Source: Candidatus Sericytochromatia bacterium
GTDB lineage: Bacteria > Cyanobacteriota > Sericytochromatia > S15B-MN24 > JAQBPE01
Reading direction: 5' to 3'
Assembly (NCBI GenBank): GCA_035285125.1
Contig: JAYKHR010000126.1
Location: 1 to 12,092 of the forward strand
Length of the DNA stretch: 12,092 nt
The notes under the pieces were generated by a model that was not told the origin of the DNA, did not search any database, and was given only the letters and a program-made list of their open reading frames with translations. A program made the position numbers and the translations under genes. Shown here piece by piece: positions 1 to 7,445 of this stretch (positions are counted from its first letter, which is position 1; each line of letters begins with the position of its first letter).

Positions 1-2
1 GG

Positions 3-3000
3 CTCGCGCCGGGCTCCGACACGGGCTCCTCCACCACGGACGGCCTCACGGGGCTCATCACGCCCACCATCGTGGGCAAGGCAGGCGCCAACCAGCTCGT
101 GCGCGTCTACGACGGCGACCGCGTCCTCGACACGGTGCTCTCCGACGCGGCCGGGAACTGGACGCTGGACCTCGCCGCGGCCGTCGGGTCGCCCCAGCTG
201 GCCGCCGGCTCGCACGAACTCACGGCCATCGCGATCAACGAGGCCGGCAACGTCAGCGACGCCTCCGGCGTCTTCTCGGTGCTGATCGACCCCAACGCCC
301 CCAATGCGCCCGTGGTGAGGGGCCTGGCCTCCACCTCGGACACTGGCCGTTCCCAGACGGACGGCATCACCAGCGTCGTCAGGCCCACCATCGTGGGGGC
401 CGCCGAGCCTGGCACCAGCGTGCGCGTCTACGAGACGCTGGACGACGGCAGCCAGGTCACGCTCGGCACCGTGACGGCGCGGGAGGACGGGAGCTGGTCC
501 CTGGCGCTCAAGAGCGATCTGGCCTTCGGCAAGCACGCCGTCTCGGCGATCGCGACCGACGCGGCGGCCAACGTCAGCGCCACCTCGGCCGCCGCGATCA
601 TCGACATCGACGGCGCGGTGCCCGACGCGCCGGAGCTCACGGGCCTGAGCCCGGACTCCCAGACGGGCCTCGTCGGCACGGACCCGCTGACGCGCTTCAA
701 CCAGGTGACGGTGCTCGGCACGTCCGAGCCCAACGCCGTCGTCGAGCTGCGCGCCGGCGTCGCGTCGCTCGGGACCGCCCTCGCCGACGGCCAGGGCAAC
801 TGGTCGGCGACGGTCAAGCTCACGGATTCCAAGACCACGCTGACGGCGACGGCCACGGACGCTGCTGGCCGCGTCAGCACGGTCGCTTCGAACGCCCTGA
901 CGGTGTACGTCGACCAGACCGCCCCGGCCACCCCGACCTTCAAGGCGCCGGTGCTCACGGCCGACAGTGACAGCGCGACCGCAGGCGACGGCGTCACCCA
1001 GGTGATGCGCCCGACGTTCATGGGCACAGCGGGCAGCGGTGAGACGGTGATCCTGCGCGAGGGTGACACCGTCCTCGGCACGGCCGTGGCGGACGTGACG
1101 GGGGCCTGGAAGATCACGCCGACGGTCGACTTCACGCCGGGCGCCCACGCCGTGTACGCCCAGACGCGAGACGACGCCGGCAACGTGAGCGCCCCCACGC
1201 CCACCCAGACCATCGTGATTGACGCCCAGGCCCCGGGCGCTCCCGTGGTGCTGGGGCTCTCGATCCAGGCGGCCGGCGGCAGCGGCGCTACGAACATCAC
1301 GACGGACTCGGGCGCCAACCCGTTCGACGGCGTCACCAAGGAGACGCGCCCGATCCTCGTCGGCACGGCGGAACCCGGCGCCGTGGTGGCCGTTTACGAC
1401 ACCCCGGAGGCGACGGGCAAGCAGACGCTCCTCGGCACCGTGGCCGCCGACGCCCTCGGCGTGTGGACGCTCGACCTGCGCTCCCCCTCGCTGCCCGCGC
1501 TGACGGTGGACACGCACGCCATCACGGCCATGGCCACGGACAAGGCCGGAAATACCAGCGAGGCCGCCGTGGCCCGCACCGTGACGGTGCTGCCGGCGAT
1601 CGGGACGACGCCGGTGGTCTCCGGTGTGCTGCCCGAATTCGACACGGGCACGCTCGACACGGACGGCATCACCCGGTCCGCGCGCCCGGTGCTCCAGGGC
1701 ACGGCGTTGCCCGAGAGCTTCGTCGAGGTCTACGACACCACGGCGCTGACGGGCCGCGTGCTGCTGGGCACCGTGCGGGCAGATGCTGGCGGCGCCTGGC
1801 GCTTCCTGCCACCGGCGGATCTCGCCGAGGGCACCCATGCCATCTCCGCCCGCTCGGTCGATGATGCTGGCAACGTCGCGAACTCCACCGCCAGCTACAG
1901 CGTGCGCATCGACCGCACGGCCCCCACGCTGCCGGCCATCACCAAGGTCGAGGCCCTCAATGGCGCCACCACTAGCCTGATTCCGGACGGCGGCCTCAGC
2001 CGGGCCACCAGCCACACCATCAGCGGCACGGGCGAGACCGCCAGTCGCATCGAGCTGTACGACGGCGAGACCAAGCTGGGCCAGGCCACCGTGGTGGCGG
2101 GGGCGTGGAGCATCGCGACCAGCGCCCTGACCACGGGGGCCCACGCCCTGCGGGTGGTCTCCACCGATGCGGCCGGCAACGCCTCGCAGAGCGCAGCCCC
2201 CCGCGCGCTGGCCGTCGACACCGGCACGCCGGAGGCCCCGGTGATCTACGGCCTCACGCCCGAGACCGACAACGGCCAGAGCTCGACGGACGGGATCACG
2301 ACGGAGACCCTGCCCGTCATCCGGGGCGCGGCGACGCCCGGCGCCTCCCTCGAGGTGTACGACGCGGGCACCCGCATCGGCGTCACCACCGTGGCTGCCG
2401 ACGGCACGTGGGCCTTCACGCCAAGCAACAGGCTCACGGCCGGCACCCACGCCATCACCGCCAAGACCGTCTCGGCTGCTGGCCTGGCGAGCGCCGCCTC
2501 ATCCACCTTCTCGCTCATCATCGACGCCGTGGCGCCGGGGGTGCCGCAGGTGCTGGGGCTGGATGCCGGCACCGACACGGCGGCTGCGGATCACGTGACG
2601 GCCGTGAAGGCGCCCGTGATCCTGGGCCGCAATGCGCTGCCGAACGGCCGCGTGCTGGTCCTCGACGGGGGCAAGGCCTTCGGCACGGAGGAGGCCAGCA
2701 CCATCGTGGCCGACGCCTCGGGGAACTGGCGCTTCCAGGTGCCCGCCGACCTGAAGGACGGTGACCACCTCATCACGGCCGTCTCGATCGACAGCGCCGG
2801 CAACCGCTCCAACCCCTCCCCCTCGTTCAAGGTTGGCGTGGACAGCACCGCCCCTGTCGCCCCCTCCAAGCTGGCGCTCACGCCCGCCACGGACTCGGGC
2901 GCCTCGACGACGGACGGCCTCACGAACCGGCTGGACCCCGTGCTCACGGGCACGGCGGAGGTGGGCACCACCGTGACGATCCTGACGGGTGGGGCCACCG

Positions 3001-3485
3001 ACGAGGGCTCGCTGACGGTGCTGGGCACTGTCGTCCCCGACGCTGCGGGCAAGTGGTCCTACACGCTGCCGCTGAAGGATGGCGTCACCAACGTCACGGC
3101 CAGCTCGATGGACCTCGCCGGGAACACCAGCCCGGCCGGCCCGTTCCTCTCCGTCATCGTGGATCGGGTGGCGCCCGTGGCGCCCACCATCCGCGGCCTC
3201 GCGCCGCAGACCGACAGCGGCACTGTGACGGCCCCTGACAGCGACACGGATGCCCGGACGGCCAACGCCCGCCCCACGCTGATCGGGACGGCGGAGGCCG
3301 GGGCCTCGCTCCAGATCCTCAACGGGGCCAAGGTGCTCGGGACGGCCAAGGCTGACGACGCGGGCCATTGGAGCTTCACGCCGGCGGCTGACCTGGCGCA
3401 GGGCACCCACAGCATCACGATCAAGGCCACGGACGCCGCGGGCAACGTGAGCGACGCGAGCCAGGCCCTCTCGCTCGTGGTCGAG
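3..3485 (+). repeat. Array of 11 divergent Ig-like domain repeats (protein-level repeat, ~300-360 bp unit)
   Basis: Recurring D[ST]G..DG.T, G.W and D.AGN motifs in the translation. The units are strongly diverged from one another. Confidence 0.88.
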
Positions 3486-3791
3486 GCGCCGGCACCGGCC
3501 AGCTACCGGCTCGGCGGCCCGGCGGCCACCAGCCTGTGGCTTGGCGACTTCGAGGCCGGCAGCGCCTCGCTGGCCTTCGCGGCGGCGCCCGCGCCGGCCC
3601 TGTCGGTCGACGAGGTCCTCGTCACGGGGGAGCGCGCGGGCTTGACGGCCTGGCTGCAAGACCCGGCGGCGGCCGGCCGCCAGTGGGCCCGGGAGGAAGA
3701 CCCGGGGAAGGGCGCCGAGCCGCCGGTGGCCCTGCCGCCGGAGGTTCAGCCGCCCGTGCTGCACCACGAGGTCTGGCGCGAGCTGATCTGA
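3..3791 (+). CDS. Giant bacterial Ig-like repeat protein (SiiE/BapA-like T1SS-secreted adhesin), 5'-truncated
   Basis: The frame is open from base 3 (LAPGSDTGSSTTDGLTGLITPTIVGK...), so the GTG at 72 is not the real start. There are 11 tandem ~100-120 aa units of the pattern D-x-x-AP-x-x-P...GL...D[ST]G...DG-x-T...P-x-x-x-G-x-A...V-x-VYD...LGT...G-x-W...L-x-x-G-x-H-x-x-x-A...D-x-AGN-x-S. A non-repeat tail precedes TGA at 3789-3791, and a T1SS operon lies directly downstream. Confidence 0.93.
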   Translation, partial: LAPGSDTGSSTTDGLTGLITPTIVGKAGANQLVRVYDGDRVLDTVLSDAAGNWTLDLAAAVGSPQLAAGSHELTAIAINEAGNVSDASGVFSVLIDPNAPNAPVVRGLASTSDTGRSQTDGITSVVRPTIVGAAEPGTSVRVYETLDDGSQVTLGTVTAREDGSWSLALKSDLAFGKHAVSAIATDAAANVSATSAAAIIDIDGAVPDAPELTGLSPDSQTGLVGTDPLTRFNQVTVLGTSEPNAVVELRAGVASLGTALADGQGNWSATVKLTDSKTTLTATATDAAGRVSTVASNALTVYVDQTAPATPTFKAPVLTADSDSATAGDGVTQVMRPTFMGTAGSGETVILREGDTVLGTAVADVTGAWKITPTVDFTPGAHAVYAQTRDDAGNVSAPTPTQTIVIDAQAPGAPVVLGLSIQAAGGSGATNITTDSGANPFDGVTKETRPILVGTAEPGAVVAVYDTPEATGKQTLLGTVAADALGVWTLDLRSPSLPALTVDTHAITAMATDKAGNTSEAAVARTVTVLPAIGTTPVVSGVLPEFDTGTLDTDGITRSARPVLQGTALPESFVEVYDTTALTGRVLLGTVRADAGGAWRFLPPADLAEGTHAISARSVDDAGNVANSTASYSVRIDRTAPTLPAITKVEALNGATTSLIPDGGLSRATSHTISGTGETASRIELYDGETKLGQATVVAGAWSIATSALTTGAHALRVVSTDAAGNASQSAAPRALAVDTGTPEAPVIYGLTPETDNGQSSTDGITTETLPVIRGAATPGASLEVYDAGTRIGVTTVAADGTWAFTPSNRLTAGTHAITAKTVSAAGLASAASSTFSLIIDAVAPGVPQVLGLDAGTDTAAADHVTAVKAPVILGRNALPNGRVLVLDGGKAFGTEEASTIVADASGNWRFQVPADLKDGDHLITAVSIDSAGNRSNPSPSFKVGVDSTAPVAPSKLALTPATDSGASTTDGLTNRLDPVLTGTAEVGTTVTILTGGATDEGSLTVLGTVVPDAAGKWSYTLPLKDGVTNVTASSMDLAGNTSPAGPFLSVIVDRVAPVAPTIRGLAPQTDSGTVTAPDSDTDARTANARPTLIGTAEAGASLQILNGAKVLGTAKADDAGHWSFTPAADLAQGTHSITIKATDAAGNVSDASQALSLVVEAPAPASYRLGGPAATSLWLGDFEAGSASLAFAAAPAPALSVDEVLVTGERAGLTAWLQDPAAAGRQWAREEDPGKGAEPPVALPPEVQPPVLHHEVWRELI

Positions 3792-3815
3792 CCCGCGGGC
3801 CAGAAGACCTGCTTG

Positions 3816-3866
3816 CTGCCCCCTGTGGAGCGGCCCCTGCTCGGCCGATGCCGTGGGGGGGGGCAG
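3816..3866 (+). terminator. GC-rich stem-loop downstream of the adhesin gene (possible terminator or mRNA-stabilising hairpin)
   Basis: CTGCCCCC (3816-3823) pairs with GGGGGCAG (3859-3866), and inner CGGCC (3831-3835) pairs with GGCCG (3843-3847). It starts 25 nt after the stop codon. No U-tract follows. Confidence 0.35.
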
Positions 3867-3885
3867 GCCGTCCGATCGCCCTTGC

Positions 3886-3934
3886 TGACCCGGATGGGTC
3901 ACAGCCTGCGCCGCGTCACAAACTTGTGCCGCGT
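3886..3934. promoter_or_regulatory. Cluster of short palindromes and direct repeats upstream of the T1SS operon (candidate operator sites)
   Basis: TGACCC-N4-GGGTCA (3886-3901), CACAA-N2-TTGTG (3917-3928), GTCACA twice (3898, 3915) and GCCGCGT twice (3910, 3928). Confidence 0.3.
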
Positions 3935-3975
3935 GATCGGACACAATGGGATCGCCCCCGTCTCACCGGTTACGC

Positions 3976-5280
3976 ATGCCCGCATCCCGTGTCCCTCGTC
4001 TGCTTTTCGCCGCGGCCCTCGCCGTGGTGATCTCGGCAGAGCCTGTTGCAGCCCTCACGCTGCTCGAGGCTGTCGACCGGTCGATCGCGCGCTCGCCCGA
4101 GATCAGCGGGCTGAAATCGCAGGTGGACGTGGCCCGGGCACGCACGGACCTGACGGCGCGATCCGGAGGCCCCCAGCTCGGCTTCGACTCCGGCGTGGGC
4201 GCCCAGTTCAGCAACCTCTTCGGGCGGGGGCCCGCAACGCAGTTCCGGCGAGACGTGGGGGCACGGGCGAGCCAGCGGCTGTGGGACGGCCAGCGCACCG
4301 GGCGGGCAGTGGAGGCGGCTGAGAAGCGCGCCCAGGCGGCCGTGCTCGACGTGGAGGTGGCCCGCGAGCGCCTGGCGTTGATCTCGGCCGAGGCCTTCCT
4401 GAACGCCGTCCGCCGGCGGCAGGTGTTGCGGCTGACCCAGGAGAACATCACGTACCACCGCTGGCTGGTCGACGTGGCTCGGGAGCGCGTCATCAAGAAC
4501 CAGCTCGCGAAGGCCCGCCTGACGGAGCTCCAGGCCCGCCTCGCGCCGCTCATGGTCGAAAAGATCGAGCAGGAGGCCGAGCTCGCGCGCGCGCTGATCA
4601 CGCTCAAGGAGCTGGCCGGCACCACCAACGACCTCCAGATCCCGGCCGAGCTGCCCGTGGATGCCCGGCCGCGGCCGGAGCCCGACAAGCTGCTCGCGGA
4701 GATCACGTTCAACCACCCCGCCATGCGGCGGGCCAACCTGCTGGTGGAAGCTGCCGAGCAGACGCTCGAGGCGGCGAAGGCCGGGTTCTGGCCGACGCTG
4801 GACGCGACGGCCTCGTCCCGCTTCTTGCAGGATGCCGAGGGCCTTCGGGGCAACCAGTGGGACAACCAGGCGATGTTGCGCCTCAACTGGAGCCTGATGG
4901 GCGAGGACGTGCCAGCCCAGGTCCGCGAGGCCGACGCCGCGAGGAAGCAGGCCGTCGCGCAGCGGGATCAGGTGGCCCGCGAGGTCGCGATCGACGTGCG
5001 CCGCTATTCGACCACGCTGGCCGCCCTCCGAGACCAGCAGCGGGTGCTGCGGGACTACCAGGCCGTCGCCAAGTTCTCGATGGACGCGGGCATCGAATAC
5101 GTCAAGCGCACCGCCCGCTTCGCCACGGACATGGTTGCCCTGGCCGAGCTGATCAACGTCCGGTACCACGCCGAGTCCAACGTGCTCGCGAACCGGATCG
5201 ACGTGCAGATGACGGAGCTGCGCCTGCTCCAGGCCTCTGGCCGCCTGGTGCCGACGCTGGACAAGGCCTACAGGCGATGA
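3976..5280 (+). CDS. TolC-family outer membrane channel of a type I secretion system (LapE/BapB/AggA-like)
   Basis: ATG at 3976 gives a normal Sec signal peptide (MPASRVPRLLFAAALAVVISAEPVAA) followed by LTLLEAVDRSIARSPEI, a typical OEP start. Two OEP repeats are present (ASQRLWDG; NHPAMRRA...AKAGFWPTLD...LRLNWSL) with C-terminal LRLLQASGRL. The upstream ATG at 3946 is a less likely alternative start. Confidence 0.9.
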   Translation: MPASRVPRLLFAAALAVVISAEPVAALTLLEAVDRSIARSPEISGLKSQVDVARARTDLTARSGGPQLGFDSGVGAQFSNLFGRGPATQFRRDVGARASQRLWDGQRTGRAVEAAEKRAQAAVLDVEVARERLALISAEAFLNAVRRRQVLRLTQENITYHRWLVDVARERVIKNQLAKARLTELQARLAPLMVEKIEQEAELARALITLKELAGTTNDLQIPAELPVDARPRPEPDKLLAEITFNHPAMRRANLLVEAAEQTLEAAKAGFWPTLDATASSRFLQDAEGLRGNQWDNQAMLRLNWSLMGEDVPAQVREADAARKQAVAQRDQVAREVAIDVRRYSTTLAALRDQQRVLRDYQAVAKFSMDAGIEYVKRTARFATDMVALAELINVRYHAESNVLANRIDVQMTELRLLQASGRLVPTLDKAYRR

Positions 5281-7433
5281 GCGGCACCGCGCGCAACTAC
5301 AGGGACGTCGCGGCGTGCGTCGCCTGGCTGGCTTCCGCGTCCGGCAGGCCCCTGTCGCCCGATCGCCTGCTCGCCTCCCTGACGGATGGCCGGGAGGCCC
5401 GCAGCGGCTTCGACCTGGAGGGGCTCGCAGCCGCCCTGAGGCGTGCCGGCCTGGCCCTCGAGGCCCTGCCGACGCCGACGGAGCAACTGCTGGAGGCCCA
5501 CCTGCCGTGCTTCGTCTTCGCGGACGCCCACGGCGAGGCGGTGGTGGGCTTCAGCGCCGTCCCCGGCGGGAGGGTCGAAGCACGTCTGTTCACGCCCGAG
5601 GCCCCGGCCGGGGAGCCTGCCGACCTCTCGCTGGTGCACACGGCGGCCGACGGTCAGGTGTACCGGATCTCCCCGCTCCCTGCGCAACCTGCCGGTGAAG
5701 ACCTCGACACCGTCGCGCGAGCCCGCGGGCACTGGTTCTGGTCGGTCTTCCGGCGGGAGGCGGGCACCTACGTCCACGTGGTGGTCGCGGCCGTGGCGAC
5801 GAACGTGATCGCCCTGGTCAGCTCGCTCTATGTCATGACGGTTTACGACCGCGTCATCCCCAACAACTCCCTCACCACGCTATGGACGTTGTCGATCGGC
5901 TGTGCCGCCGTGTACCTGTTCGACCTCGTGTTCCGCCTGCTGCGGGGCAGCCTCGTCGACGTCGCGGCGCGCCGCCTCGACGTGCTGCTCAGCCGAGCCA
6001 TCTTCGACCAGCTGCTCGACATCCGCCTCGAGCACCGGCGCGGCCCCTCGGGCACCCTCGCCAACATGCTGAAGGAGTTCGGCACGGTGCAGGAGTTCTT
6101 CTCCTCGGCCACCCTGCTGGCCCTCGTGGACGTCCCGTTCGCCGCCCTGTTCATGGCCATCATCTTGCTGCTGGCGCCGCCCTGCTTCTGGGTCACGGCC
6201 CTGGCTGTGCCCGTGGTGCTGCTGGTGGGCCTGGTGATCCAGCTGCGGCTGGCGGGGGCGACGCAGCAGTCGTACGTGGACGGGCAGGAGAAATTCGGCG
6301 CCCTCGTCGAGACCGTCTCGGCCCTCGAGTCCGTCCGGGCGCTGGGGGCCGAGCGGACGATGCGGCGCCGCTGGCGCGAGCGGGTGGGCGCCTCGGCGAT
6401 GAGCAGCCACCACGTGCGGGCCAACCAGCAGCTCGCCGTGAACCTGGCGATGTCGGTGCAGCAGCTGGCGACGCTGGCGGTGATCGTGGTCGGCGTGCTC
6501 GCCATCCAGAGCGGGAGCCTGTCCCAGGGGGCCCTGATCGCCGCCGTGATGCTCTCCGGGCGGGCCATCGCGCCGCTCTCGAGCGTCGCCCAGATCCTGA
6601 CACGCTTCAACATGACGCGCGCCTCGATGAAGGCCCTCGACCGGTTCTTCTCGGCCCCCACCGAGCGCCCCCTCGGGCGCGCCTTCCTCGACAGGCCCAA
6701 GATCCGCGGCGGCTACGAGCTGCGCGAGGTCGGCTACGCGTATCCGACGACCCCGCCGGTGGGCGTGTTGCAGGGCATGAACCTCGTGATCCGCCCTGGC
6801 GAACGCCTCGCCATCCTCGGGCGCGTCGGCTCGGGCAAGAGCACCCTGCTCAAGCTGCTCATCGGCCTGTTCACGCCTTCGCACGGCGCGCTCCGGCTCG
6901 ACGGCGTCGACCTGCGTCAGATCGATCCCGCCCAGCTCCGCGCCCAGGTGGCCTACGTGCCGCAGGCGCCGGTGCTATTCAGCGGCACCGTCCGCGACAA
7001 CATCGCGATCGCCCGGCCCGAGGCGACGGACGCCGAAGTGCTGAGCGCCGCCACCATCGCCGGCGCGGACGCCTTCATCCGGCGCCACCCCCTCGGCTAC
7101 GACATGATGCTCGGGGAGCGGGGGGAGGGCCTCTCCACCGGGCAGCGTCAGGCCATCGCGATCGCGCAGGCCCTGGTGAAAGAGGCCGACGTGCTGCTGA
7201 TGGACGAGCCGACCAGCGCCATGGACGATCGCACGGAGATGGAGTTCTCCCAGGCTATCGAGCCGCTGCTTCTGGGGAAGACCTTCGTGCTGGTGACGCA
7301 CAAGCCCTCGATGCTGGACCTGGTCGACCGCCTCGTCATCGTCGACGGCGGCCGCGTGGTGATGGACGGCCCCAAGGAGCTCGTGATGCAGGCGTTGCGG
7401 GCTGGCGAGGTCCGCGCCACCGAGCGGACCTGA
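5277..7433 (+). CDS. Type I secretion ABC transporter permease/ATPase with N-terminal C39-like domain (LapB/BapC/HlyB family)
   Basis: The start overlaps the tolC-like stop (ATGA at 5277-5280), so the ORF-track start at 4857 is an over-extension. Motifs: HWFW...YVMTVYDRVIPNNSLTTLWTL (LapB-type), TM helices, Walker A GRVGSGKST, Q-loop YVPQ, signature LSTGQ, Walker B LLMDE, D-loop PTSAMD, H-loop VTH. 718 aa. Confidence 0.95.
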   Translation: MSGTARNYRDVAACVAWLASASGRPLSPDRLLASLTDGREARSGFDLEGLAAALRRAGLALEALPTPTEQLLEAHLPCFVFADAHGEAVVGFSAVPGGRVEARLFTPEAPAGEPADLSLVHTAADGQVYRISPLPAQPAGEDLDTVARARGHWFWSVFRREAGTYVHVVVAAVATNVIALVSSLYVMTVYDRVIPNNSLTTLWTLSIGCAAVYLFDLVFRLLRGSLVDVAARRLDVLLSRAIFDQLLDIRLEHRRGPSGTLANMLKEFGTVQEFFSSATLLALVDVPFAALFMAIILLLAPPCFWVTALAVPVVLLVGLVIQLRLAGATQQSYVDGQEKFGALVETVSALESVRALGAERTMRRRWRERVGASAMSSHHVRANQQLAVNLAMSVQQLATLAVIVVGVLAIQSGSLSQGALIAAVMLSGRAIAPLSSVAQILTRFNMTRASMKALDRFFSAPTERPLGRAFLDRPKIRGGYELREVGYAYPTTPPVGVLQGMNLVIRPGERLAILGRVGSGKSTLLKLLIGLFTPSHGALRLDGVDLRQIDPAQLRAQVAYVPQAPVLFSGTVRDNIAIARPEATDAEVLSAATIAGADAFIRRHPLGYDMMLGERGEGLSTGQRQAIAIAQALVKEADVLLMDEPTSAMDDRTEMEFSQAIEPLLLGKTFVLVTHKPSMLDLVDRLVIVDGGRVVMDGPKELVMQALRAGEVRATERT

Positions 7434-7445
7434 GCGGGGGCAGCC

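Noticed and set aside
72..74. ORF-track start of the Ig-repeat protein at GTG 72
   Set aside because: The frame is open to the window edge and upstream codons continue the repeat consensus (SDTGSSTTDGLT), so this is an internal Val.
1272..1295. AGGSGATN as an RTX nonapeptide
   Set aside because: It lacks the Asp of GGxGxD and is a single copy inside an Ig-domain loop.
4857..5276. 140-aa N-terminal extension of the ABC transporter
   Set aside because: It overlaps the tolC-like gene out of frame and has Arg/Gly/Pro-rich shadow composition. The ATGA stop/start overlap at 5277-5280 gives a typical 718-aa protein.
7131..7145. ABC signature LSTGQ instead of LSGGQ as a sign of a degenerate ATPase
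   Set aside because: The third position of LSxGQ is variable in active transporters. Ser, the second Gly, Walker A/B, catalytic Glu and switch His are all intact.
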